From: Hormiphora californensis
Lineage: Eukaryota > Animalia > Ctenophora
DNA length: 64,000 nucleotides
NCBI GenBank assembly: GCA_020137815.1
Contig: CM035362.1
Coordinates: 5,270,001-5,334,000, forward strand
Reading direction: 5' to 3'
Numbering within the stretch: the stretch's first letter is position 1; every line of letters begins with the position of its first letter. Shown one piece after another: positions 12,217 through 25,644 of this stretch. The notes below the pieces were generated by a model, which did not search any database, was not told the DNA's origin, and saw only the letters and a program-made list of their open reading frames with translations. Made by a program: the position numbers and the translations under genes.

Positions 12217-12371
12217 TAAAGTCGGATTTTTTGAAGTTGTCACCCCCCTCTTCGTGCGCGGAATGTTTTTGCGCGTCACATCACATGTTAACGTGTGGTG
12301 TGCGCGTTTAAATTCATAAATTTCACATGCGCGGTCATTTTGGGGTGACAACTTCAAAAAATCCGACTTTA
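12217..12371. mobile_element. ~155-bp TA-flanked MITE
   Basis: TIR TAAAGTCGGATTTTTTGAAGTTGTCACCCC. An adjacent reversed copy is split into 12370-12451 and 17767-17845; a degenerate copy lies at ~9490-9570. Confidence 0.85.
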
Positions 12372-12769
12372 AAGTCGGATTTTTTGAAGTTGTCACCCCC
12401 AAATGACCGCGCATGTGAAATTTATCAATTTTGACGCGCACACCACACGTTTACGGTGGCTGATTCACGCCAACTTTTTTCTCGATGAAAAAATATTGAA
12501 AGAAAAAATATGAAGAAAAATTTCAACGAAAAAAAAATACACAAACTTTTTTGGCGTGAATCAGCCACCAGCCATGGCTGATCTCCGCCAACGTTTCACA
12601 AAAAAACATTGGCGTGAATCAGCCACCCCATGGCTGATCCACGCCAAGTGCGCGCGCACTCAATAATAATGTTTGCGCTGCAGGTGCGCGCGTTTTGCTG
12701 CAAAACTCAGTTTTCTTTCTTGATCTATATTTTTTTTCTTTCGAGTTTGGACGCGAAACCGGTTCGAGT

Positions 12770-14711
12770 TCTAATGGGCGAGAACACTTTCTCTGAACAT
12801 GGAAACGGGAGCCTCGTCCTGGCTATCTGCCCGGCCCCTGGAAGTATTCAACAGAGAGCTGTCCAAATCAGAGTTCACGGACGCTATGTTCCTCAGGTAT
12901 GGTTTTGAGATCAACGGCCAGTTCTCTGAATGTGTATGTGGAAAACAGAACGGAGCAGACCATGCCTTGAGTTGTAGCACTGGAGGATATACCATTCTGC
13001 GACACAACGAGATAAGATATACCCTTGCAGATATTATTATCCTGTTCTTGTTCTACGTAATTGACTTGAAAGAGTCGTTGTCAAGCGCTGACGCCCTGTC
13101 CTTTGCTGACGATACGAAACTTATACAAGTAATACGGACCCTACTTGACCAGGCTGAACTTCAGAAGGACCTAGGAAGTGTCACTCAGTGGTCAGTCAAC
13201 AACAACATGAAGCTCCACGAGGATAACAGATAAGTTTCAATTGGTTAATTATTCGCTTGGTAGATCAAAGTTGTTGAGAGAACTACCCTTCACTGCAGAA
13301 ACGTTATCCTATGTTACAATGGGAGGAACCGTGGTGGATCCAGAGCAGCATGTAAAAGACCTGGGGGTCTGGCTATCTTCGGATGGTACCTGGACTCATC
13401 ATATTGGCGATATCGTAAGGAGAGCTAACATGATTTCAGGATGGATCTTCTGTGCATTCAGGAGTAGGTCACCAGAAGTAGTACTAACCTTGTACAAGGC
13501 GTTAGTCCGGCCCATACTAGAATACTGTTGCCTGGTGTGGTATCCAACGAAAATCGGGGATATTCAAATGGTGGAAAACGTTCAACGGGCGTTCACTCGG
13601 AAGATCCAAGGGATGAAGAATCTGGACTACTGGCAGCGGCTAGAGGCGCTTGACCTTATTTCCCTCCAGAGAAGACGCCAGAGATATGAGTTAATCCACG
13701 TTTGGAAGATCTATAAGGGACTTGTTCCCAATTGTGTTGAGATGGAGTTCCAGACGGGTCGGTTGGGAGTACAGGCGAAAACCCAGAAATATCCTTACTG
13801 GGCAGAATCCAAACGGGCAAACCAACTGTATAACTCTTTCGGCTTCAGGGCACCTCGGTTATGGAATAAACTCCCTCGAGAGGTTACTCTTTCAGAAACA
13901 CTTCCTGGGTTCAAGGCAAACCTTGGTGCGTTCATGAAGGAATTCTATGACAGACCACCGGTGCGTGGCTATATGACGGTCCCTAATGAGTTTCGAGAGG
14001 CAGAAAGGAAGAGCGTTGTGTGAGGCTGTATATATGTTGTTTGCTGCTGACGCTGTTTATGTCTGAGTAGGGACTTGTAAATAGACTAGTTGACAAAGGA
14101 GGACCCACGAGATGGGAATTTCTGCACTGTATGTTGTATTAACTATTGTGTGTAATTTATTTGAACTTGAACTTGAACTACCCATGCAGGATACAAGGGT
14201 GTTTGAAATCGAGAAAGTGTTACAGCCGGTTAACCCAGGTGACTACCCCAAGAGTGTCAATACAGCACCTGATGCTCGCAGTGACGTATATGCTATTAGC
14301 TTATGGAGAAGATTACAGGGAGCCCACATAGACGTGGCAGTATTCCACCCAACAGCTCCGAGCTACAGAGATAAAGAACCCAGAGCTCTGTACAGACTCC
14401 ACGAAAGCAGAAAGAAAAGCGATTACCAACAGCGTATCAGAGAGGCAGAGAGAGGAGCATTCACCCCGTTTGTTATGTCCACCTCAGGAGGTGCCGGACC
14501 AGAAGCTGAGAGACTCATTAAAAAGCTGGCTACTCGCACCTCTGGTAAACACCATGACAAGTATCCAGAGACAATAAACTTCATCAGGACCAGGATCAGG
14601 TTCTGCCTGCTGAGAAGTACCCTGGTTTCTCTGAGGGGTACCAGAAAAAACTTCACAGCCCCTCCTCCCACTCCATGTGCGATTTTGTTGACTGAACTTT
14701 TAATTTTATGA
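12770..14711 (+). mobile_element. 5'-truncated CRE-like non-LTR retrotransposon (zinc knuckle plus restriction-like endonuclease), interrupted
   Basis: CVCGKQNGADHALSC...RHNEIRYTLADI before the break; MQDTRVFEIEKVLQP...ARSDV...IDVAVFHP...HESRKKSDY...FTPFVMSTSGG after it. Confidence 0.8.
13036..14179 (+). mobile_element. 5'-truncated CR1/L2-group LINE nested in the CRE-like element
   Basis: RT C-terminus FADDTK, VKDLGV, LYKALVRPILEYC; frameshift near 13225-13240; 3' tail (TTGAAC)3 at 14161-14178. Confidence 0.88.
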
Positions 14712-16371
14712 TATTTTATATTTATTGTTTATTCGTGTGATGGCGTGAATGAATTGAGATTATTGAAATAGCAATCCGACAATATCGGGTTCCGTGATGG
14801 ATACGAGGGTACTCTCGACACTTCGGTGTTGTCCCTGGTCCCACTTTGCAGGTTCACTCTGTGACCGATCGTGGTGTGCGTTTATTATCTGAGACCCCGG
14901 TGTTCGAGTTCTATGATTCCGACACAACACGTCTTATTTCAGACAGAAATGATATTAATCTTTTATATATGATAATCAATCTGACGCATGTATTTTAATC
15001 AATTTAATTTAATCTCAAGGACAGTTAAACCTGATTTTTATCAATTCATTGTGCAGAATTACAACCCGGCACAAAATTTGTGTCACAAATAGGGGCATTA
15101 TGATGATACCGTCTCATTTTCCATGTAGCAGGTTCTTCTTCCTCTTCTTGGTGACTGTGCATGTGCATGTGCTAATATTCCAGTATACTGTAGCAGTACT
15201 TGCCTAATGTGTGCTGCAATGTGACACTGTACAATGTACAGTGTACAGTATATTAATACTGTATATGTGTACTTATCATTGTAAGACTGCGGTACACTGT
15301 TGAATTGAAAATTAGGTCCATTTAGCAACTCCTACTGTTACATAATTTACCAATTCCATTTTGAATTCACTAAACTCGGTTACCTTTCCAGGCATGAGTC
15401 CATTGATTACAGATTAATACATATTACTAATTGCTGAAGTCATATCCTGATATCCTGGCCATCCCTGTCCTGAGCGTGCGTGTGGTGGAGGAACCTACCT
15501 TCCTCTTTGTGAGCCATGTTATGTGGAGAGTGTGGATCTGATTTATACCCAGCTGAATGATGTAAGTTGGTTGCAATGGTGAGACGCACCTCCAACCCTT
15601 GAGCCACCTTCGAGTGATTCGTGTCAGATGACAGGTCACCGATGTAACTTCATGTTTCTTCGTGGGGATTGGGGGGCTGCTCTCCTAGTGCTGCAGTGAT
15701 ATCACTTGAGATTATAGTCCCCTGTTATGTGGGCTTGCCGTTGGCAAGCCCAGGCACTCGTAGTAGTAGTAGTATGGTGACGACACCGACTAACCCCCCT
15801 CCTATTTACAGAACACTGAGCTGATCATAGAGCTGACAGTCCCAGAAGAGCTAGTTACAGTTGACCAGACCCCAAAAGTGCTTGGCTCTATGGATTTATA
15901 TACCCTGCTAACTTAAATAATGCGCCAGTGGCGAGAAGTCCCACTGGCGCGCTCTCAATAAACATCCAGTCCAGCGGCAGATTATTTCCCACTGGCAGGT
16001 TATTTATTTTTAACTCCTATGCAAAATTCAAAGTGTGTGTAAATGATCAGTTCTTACTAAAATACAGAGGGAACACTATGTGCAACATTTACACACTACA
16101 TTGGAGAGAAAGAAAGGACACATTCCGTCAATTACTCTCTCTTTATCTCCCCTTTTGTCTCACTATCTCTTCCTCTGTGTTATGTGTGACATGCCCCTTA
16201 TCAGGCTATTTCTTTCACTCTCTTTCCTTAGCAACTGCTTAGTAACTGTTACCAAACAGTGTACACTCAATTATGAGGTGTTTTTGACTGTTTCTCAGTT
16301 CTCTTTGTGTGTTTTGATTAGTGTTCTCTCTCTTGTAAGTGTGTAATACTTGAAACAAACAACTAAAGCAG

Positions 16372-16582
16372 GGTATATAACCTATAAACTCTTGTCACTG
16401 GCACGTTATAGGTTTAAACCCCTCCGCCTCTCCCTCGGCTACGCCTCGGGATCGTCGTCGTGATTTAAACCAGTTTATCCGCCAGTGGCGGATAAACTAC
16501 AGCTAGCTTCTCCCAGCGGCGCGCTGGGAGAAAGCTATCTGAAATAACGTGCCACTGGCAAGAGTTTATACCTCATATATCC
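16372..16582. mobile_element. Small hairpin-rich inverted-repeat element
   Basis: TATAAACTCTTGTCACTGGCACGTTAT ... ATAACGTGCCACTGGCAAGAGTTTATA, with internal hairpins such as GTTTATCCGCCAGTGGCGGATAAAC. Confidence 0.6.
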
Positions 16583-17932
16583 TTTACCGTGCTAACATCA
16601 TCAGTCATGAGTTAGTGGGAATATAACAGCCCTATATTAGGGTCAAAGGTCTACTTACCTGCCCATTTTTTGTACAATCCACTCTATTTTTATCTTTCTC
16701 TGATCACTATTTCAATCAATCTTTCCCTCTCCACAGTGGCAAGACAGCCGACTATAGCAACAGAAACAGGATTCCTCTGGATAAACTATGATCATGTGAC
16801 AGCACCAGCACAGGCCATCCCCTCAAGGTACGACGTACGTGGCTCCATCCAGATCTATTCACAACTGGTTTTATACACAAGTATATAAGTAATATTCTGT
16901 TCCTTTCAGAGGGATGTTATCAAGTTCGCTTCGCTCTCTCCCATTTATAGCCGGAACATTCTAGTTGTGACTGATTCCAGTGCTGATCATCAGGACTCAG
17001 GTAAGAAAATATTAGGTGCCTTAGGTGCTGATGATTTTATATCTGATAGATCTTATATTTGATTTTATATCTGATAGATACCACCACACACATCAACTAA
17101 CCCTCACCCTCTCCTACAGGCAGCGAGATCCTCCAAATATGTGGCTCCTGTCCAGTGGAACATCATGCACGATATGTTCCTTGGTTCTTTTACCGAAACC
17201 GAGGAAAAGGACGGAGAGGCAATTCCCATTGAACCTGATCGAGAAGTACCTGCCACCATGATGCTTCGATGTTCCGTGCCAGGATTGGACAAATATTTGG
17301 ACAGTACAGTCTTACTCTTTCAGTGTAATAGGAAAAATTTTATTTACCTCAACTGCCGAATAATTAACTGTTTTAATGACTAATCACTAATGTACAACTG
17401 AGATGAGATATCAACACCCGGCCCAGTCCCCAGATATCTCATATCAGAGTTTGGTATGGTGGAAAAACGTGAGTGTAGAACTTTTGGCGGTATAGCACGT
17501 GGGTAACAAGAGCGCGCGGACATTGTAATGATGAAAGCATGCGTTGTAAGCAGTGCGCACGCGCGCGCACTTGGCGTGGATCAGCCATGGGGTGGCTGAT
17601 TCACGCCAATGTTTTTTTGTGAAACGTTGGCGGAGATCAGCCATGGCTGGTGGCTGATTCACGCCAAAAAAGTTTGTGTGTGTTTTTTTTCATTGAAATT
17701 TTTCTTCGTAATTTTTCTTTGATATTTTTTCATCGAGAAAAAAGTTGGCGTGAATCAGCCACCGTACACGTTAACATGTGATGTGACGCGCAAAAACATT
17801 CCGCGCACGAGAAGGGGGGTGACAACTTCAAAAAATCCGACTTTACATGCGAGTTGCTAATATTCTACAACACACGTGTTGACTTCATTCTAAGAGTAAC
17901 GGAACTGCAATACCCTCTGTAATCTCTCTATC

Positions 17933-18107
17933 TGGGAGAGTTTGGTCGTGGTGGTGGGAGAGTTTGGTCGTGGTGGTGAGAGAGTTTGGTCGTGGTGGTG
18001 GGAGAGTTTGGTCGTGGTGATGGGAGAGTTTGGTCGTGGTGATGGGAGAGTTTGGTCGTGGTGGTGGGAGAGTTTGGTCGTAGTGATGATGGGAGAGTTT
18101 GGTCGTG
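17933..18107. repeat. 21-24-bp minisatellite
   Basis: About 8 copies of GGGAGAGTTTGGTCGTGGTG(G/A)T. Confidence 0.92.
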
Positions 18108-18335
18108 GCAAATGGATAAACCGGATTTCAGTGTGGGAACAGCGGTAAAAATAAAAACGGCACATTTGACTCACACAAAAGGGGGGAGTTCATTCAAATT
18201 CGAAATACACAACAAACTGTCATTCTCTCAGCTCAAAAACATGCACAATTGTCAAAGAGTGTAGTGTCCATATACGGTCATATACATGTCCAAATATGGA
18301 CATGTAATTGCCCGAATAAGGAAGGAGTGCGCACT

Positions 18336-20152
<1,817 letters not shown>

Positions 20153-20247
20153 AGTTGTTGTTGTTGTTGTGTCAAACTAACTGAGCAGGGGGTGTTCAAA
20201 ATATAACAGTAGTGTGTCGAATGCACTTTCTATCATGCCGTCAGGGG

Positions 20248-20354
20248 TTCTTATACTGGCCAGCGAGTCCATTACACGGAAGCCGCCTCTCATTGGTGGG
20301 GAGGTGGGGGGAGGAGAAAATTCTCGGGATTTGTAGGTTGATGCCCATATTTGG
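20248..20354 (-). promoter_or_regulatory. Actin promoter: TATA, CCAAT and CArG box
   Basis: Minus-strand TATAAGAA (20255-20248), CCAAT (20296-20292) and a perfect CC(A/T)6GG, CCATATTTGG (20345-20354). Confidence 0.7.
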
Positions 20355-20446
20355 TTAATTTTACTGTGAAATAATTAAAGGGGCCAATTAGAATTTGTTA
20401 AATGTTAATTAATTTGCTACGGATGTGCGTGGCGTGGCGTGGTGAA

Positions 20447-20477
<31 letters not shown>

Positions 20478-20488
20478 TTGGTTTGTTA

Positions 20489-22162
20489 GGGTAGACCGGG
20501 GTAATTTGGACGGTTTTGGCATTCAATCGGTATTTCAAGAGCCATTAATTTACTTAATCAATTAGTTAGCTACTCAATTTGTGCAACTGAACCTTTATCT
20601 TGAGCCTCAGAACAAATTTGAATCGAAAACATAACTTTTAGATAGCTAATTAACCTTGTTAATAAAGGTAAGTCGGAATATTTTTGATCGCGAGACACGG
20701 GGCAATTTGGACTAGTGGCTTCTACACCAATCACAATGCGCGCATTCAATCACGTGACCGCGACACACCACATTGCCCCAGCTGTAAATCTGCGATGTAA
20801 ATCAGACCGAGGTTGGGGCTATTTGGACAAACTTAGATTGTAGCCACAGTTTTTGAGATATCTATTTCAAACTTTTCAGTCATCTAGTAATTTAGTATCC
20901 CGTACTATTCCTTTTTTCAAAATTAGTTAATTAAGTAGTAATTAGCCTAATTAACCAAAAAATTAAGTGTTCATCAGATCTATATCTATAGGGTGCATTT
21001 TCGAAAGCTCAGGATTAGCCTAGTCGATTAGAAAAAGATTTAATCTAATCCCAAATAGGGTTTTTGAGAAAATCGACATCAAAGATCAAAAAACCACAAA
21101 TAAAGCTACGGTTTTCAAAGGAATGCTGTTTGTGTTTTCAGGTGCTTACAAGGCCAGAAATTACTATTATGGGGATCCAGTCTAATTCATCATGTTAGTG
21201 GCCGATTCCCACTCAATGCAACTCCCTGGGGTTACTATAGCAACGGAGTTTGTTACCATAGCAACCGGCGAATTTGCATTAATGTACTATTTTCTTGCTC
21301 CAAATTCACCCATTACATCCGTATTATTAGACTATCGATTATTTAAACATGATTGTGAGTCACAATGAGACATCAGACTACCTTCAGTTACCAGCCAGTC
21401 AGTGGCTTTGGTTATCAAATGTATGCCTATTGCTCTAAGTTAGCCTGTAATTTATCCCTTTATTCAGTTATATCAGCTGCATATGGATGATTATCATGAT
21501 AAAACACTACTTTTGGTCATCAAAGCACCAGTCCTAGATATTCTGGAGCACCCTATGAAGTTGGTTTGTCGAATGCCACACCATGGATTGACTTGTTACT
21601 TTGGCATCTAGAGAATTGGTTGTAAAATGCGCCTTTTTTCTATTTTTTTGGTCAATTTACTCAGTTTTAGTCATCTATATTGATTGAATAGGATAATTAT
21701 GAAAGCAGGTTGTCTATGGTTACCATAGAAACGAGTATAATGGCGCCATGAGGCCAATTTGTTTTAACCAATTTGCCCCACGGGGCAATTTGGTCTAGTC
21801 CAAATTGCCCCATGGGGCAATCTGGATTATGACCGAATTGCCCCCGATTTTTTCGTCCGAATTGCCCCAAATTGTCCGAATTGCCCCGCTTCATTAAAAT
21901 GCCAATTATCTAATTAAATCGAAAGCTAATGTCATTTTGATGATGAAACTGAATAGAAAAGTATCATATTGTGTAATTCTGACCCTTAATTTAAATAATT
22001 ATAATAATTAAGTTTACCGAAATAAAGTTTAACTTTAAAGTCGTTATTTTTCGTTATTTCACACTAAACACCACAATTTAAAAGTCCCATATAAATCACT
22101 AGTCCACATTGCCCCGTCCTGTGACCACATTGCCCCACCGTCCAAATTACCCCGGTCTACCC
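20489..22162. mobile_element. 1.67-kb non-autonomous DNA transposon
   Basis: TIR GGGTAGACCGGGGTAATTTGGACGG, flanked by TA; many subterminal GGGGCAAT motifs. Confidence 0.85.
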
Positions 22163-22208
22163 TACTTCAACTGAAATTCCCTGGGAAGTACGCTTGCAAG
22201 GTAATTAA

Positions 22209-22658
22209 AGGTTGACAAGATACCTAAAACTTTTCGTATATCGTCTTATTTTGATTTATCATTAATTTTCAGCATTTTTTCAGAATTTTTTGTCGGCTAG
22301 AAAAAAATTCGAAATAGGGGGTCTACCGATATTGTCAGCACTGGTTTTACTGGGCACACTCACTGCGTCTCGCAAATTGAAATTCACGTTTCCGGTTCCT
22401 CAAAAGATAAAGACTTGATCTTGGTTGCGTTGGATTGGTCTCAATAAGACCTTTCCAACGCTACCAAAACGGTTTCTGTATCTCATCAGGAACCGGAGAT
22501 ATTACGGTATCAATTTTAAAAAAGGCACACTCATTTGTCAGTAGACCCCCTATTTTGCACATATTTCTAGCCGACAAAAAATTCTGAAAAAATGCTGAAA
22601 ATTAATGATAAATCAAAATAAGACGATATACGAAAAGTTTTAGGTATCTTGTCAACCT
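22209..22658. mobile_element. 450-bp MITE with TTAA TSD (Kolobok-like purine termini)
   Basis: ~115-bp TIRs AGGTTGACAAGATACC...; TTAA on both sides. Confidence 0.85.
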
Positions 22659-22989
22659 TTAATAGTTATCAACCAAAACCACCAGGCCAAAAGTGGTAGT
22701 AAGACTAAGATTATGTAACCGATAATTGTTGATGTAATATCATCCAGGACTTGCCTGCGTAGCGAACATGAGGGGCGCGACGTGCCCAAATCCAGGACAA
22801 TTAGGATTATATGATATTATCAATCCAATTACTTGACATGTTCCTAGTCTGTCGCCGTCAGAGCATTGGCCTGACCCTATTCTCACATCTCTCAAATGAC
22901 AAATAAGGAGCGCGAGAACTGTGGTCAGAGCATTGGCCTAACAAGTCTGCCGACTTTGTGCTGTTGCACAAAAAAATAATAGTATGAAC

Positions 22990-23126
22990 AATAGACCAAA
23001 AAACAAAAGAAATTTGTTTGGAACACCCGTGGCCTTTTGTCGATACTTGACGCTGCGGGAAATGCACCCATCATCTGAGCTACTAGGTATCGTTGTGCCA
23101 TCTCTCCAAGTTCTAACACACGCACA

Positions 23127-23189
<63 letters not shown>

Positions 23190-23297
23190 ACTCTTCCACA
23201 CGTCTTGCTCTGACGAAGGGTGCATTTCCCGCAGCGTCAAGTATCGACAAAAGGCCACGGGTGTTCCAAACAAATTTCTTTTGTTTTTTGGTCTATA
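22990..23297. mobile_element. MITE with ~80-bp TIRs and a (CT)n core
   Basis: ATAGACCAAAAAAC...GAAATGCACCC and its reverse complement. Confidence 0.8.
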
Positions 23298-23322
23298 GTT
23301 TCTCAGGATTTTTGTAAACAGG

Positions 23323-24360
23323 TATCATGAATATGCAAATAACGGCTAAATGGTGCGAGATATGACTTTTTGTCTGGGGGACGACCCCCCAATAAATCGA
23401 CCATTTTGCATCGAAAAATGGTCATGAAAATTTTATAGGACCAGCTGAAGTGGACAGAAAATGCATAAATCATGAATCGGCGCATAAATATGCAAATAAC
23501 GGCTAAACGGTGGGAGATACAACTTTTTGTCCGGGGGACGACCCCCCATAAATCGACCATTCTGCGTCGAAATATGTCCATGAAAACTTTCTAGGACCAG
23601 CTGAAGTGGAAATATTCAGAATATGCACTAAATCATGAATCGGCGCATAAATATGCAAATAACGGCTAAACGGTGGGAGATACAACTTTTTGTCCGGGGA
23701 CGACCCCCCATAAATCGACCATTCTGCGTCGAAATATGTCCATGAAAACTTTCTAGGACCAGCTGAAGTGGAAATATTCAGATTATGCACTAAATCATGA
23801 ATCGGCGCATAAATATGCAAATAACGGCTAAACGGTGGGAGATACAACTTTTTGTCCGGGGGACGACCCCCCATAAATCGACCATTCTGCGTCGAAATAT
23901 GTCCATGAAAACTTTCTAGGACCAGCTTAAGTGGAAATATTCAGAATATGCACTAAATCATGAATCGGCGCATAACTATGCAAATAATGGCTAAACGGTG
24001 AGAGATACAACTTTTTGTCCGGGGGACGACCCCCCATAAATCGACCATTCTGCGTCGAAATATGTCCATGAAAACTTTCTAGGACCAGCTGAATTGGAAA
24101 CATTCAGAAAATGCATAAATCATGAATCGGTGCATAAATATTTGAATGACGGCTGAACGGTGCAAGATATGACTTATTGTCCGGGGGAAGACCCCCCATA
24201 AATCGACTATTCTCCGTCCAATGCGACCAATGAAAAGCCGCTATCATCAGTAGAACTTGAGATATTCAGATATGCATATTGTCATAATTATGCGCATATA
24301 ACTCCTTAACGGTAAAAGTTAGAGAAAATTGTCCCGAGTAAGACCCCCCATAAATCGAAT
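23323..24360. repeat. ~163-bp tandem satellite, about 6 copies
   Basis: Recurring ATCATGAATCGGCGCATAAATATGCAAATAACGGCTAAACGG at ~163-bp spacing; outer copies are more diverged. Confidence 0.92.
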
Positions 24361-25644
24361 ATTTTGCGTCGGTTACAACCGTCGATTTATCGTATGCGTC
24401 ATTACCGAGATATTCATAAATTTATACATAAATTATGCATAATTAATGACTTAATGATCTCTAATCAAGATGCCATATAGCCTACTACACACAGAATAGC
24501 TAGAGTAACCTAAGTTTAAAATTTCAGGGCCCTAGCTTTAGCCGTTTTTCCAGGCGAATGTTTGCAAAATGGTGTCTACACAGGGTGTGTTTGGGACCCC
24601 CCTCGTAACTTTTGAACGAAACGACCGATCCACTTGAAATTTATATCACTAACAGTAATGGTAGAGGTACTTATAACTACAAAATTTCAGCTCGCTAGCT
24701 TATCGGGAACATGGTCAAACAGGCGCTGAAAAAGGGCGTTTGTCGCATCCGTATGGTATACTGCACTGGTCCCCACTGGGGGGGGGGGGGGGGGGGGGGT
24801 AAATGAACTTCTCGCGCCGGACTTAATTGTTTCAGAGTCATGTTTTGTTATGACTGGGGATATTTTTAATGCTGGGGGCTGTGCCCCCAGACCCCCCTAA
24901 GGCCACGGGGCACTTGCCAGTGCAGTGATACAATGCCGACTCCCACACCACACGGCACACACTTGCCATGCTACGCAGTCTGTCTATCGGCACTTAAGCG
25001 CCTCGCTTACGCTCGCCCTTCGGGCTCGCGTAAGCTCACACCGGGCCTTCGGCCCGGTGTGAGAGCTGACAGACAAGGAACATGTCAAGCACACACTTGT
25101 TGAGTAAGGGGGAAGAGTGTCTTCCCCCTTACTCAACAAGCACACACAAGGTCGCTAAAGACAGACTGCCTAGCATGACAACCAATTGCTGTCTGGCGGC
25201 ACCATACCACGATTTGATTCTCAAATCCGACACTCAGATCTTGTCGGCGCCGCCAGACAGTTATGTCATCTTTTCTCCTGTCTGGCTGAGTGGCGCCGCA
25301 GACCCCATCTGCGAGCAACCCCATTTGAGAATCAAATTGCATTCTGTATGGCGGCGCCATACCCCATTTGACAGTGCGCTCAGATGGGTCGCGGCGCCAG
25401 ACAGATTGCATTGGGGTTTTGCGCCGCCAGACTTGGATCCATCGCATCAGCTATTCTCGCTCCGCGAATAATAGATGTGAGATCGATGTGGCCAACCGCC
25501 GGACAGCTTTTCTCCATACATTTTGTAAAGAACGCACTTTTCAGCAGCAGGGCTGGCAAGAGAAAAAGGGGTGCGTTCCTTACAACTTGTTTACACCGAT
25601 CAAAACACATCAGATAGGGGAAGCGGAAATAAATGTTCAATTAA

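Larger units (their letters stand above)
12452..17766. mobile_element. 5.3-kb composite TIR element with 6-bp TSD
   Basis: ~206-bp TIRs (12452-12657 and 17561-17766; termini TACGGTGG...CCACCGTA). CACGTT is duplicated at 12446-12451 and 17767-17772. The two flanks rejoin into one intact MITE. Confidence 0.85.

Noticed and set aside
13020-14193. TACCCTTGCAGATA / TACCCATGCAGGATA as a LINE TSD
   Set aside because: Imperfect, and the host protein reads better as TLADI+MQDT without a duplication; ambiguous.
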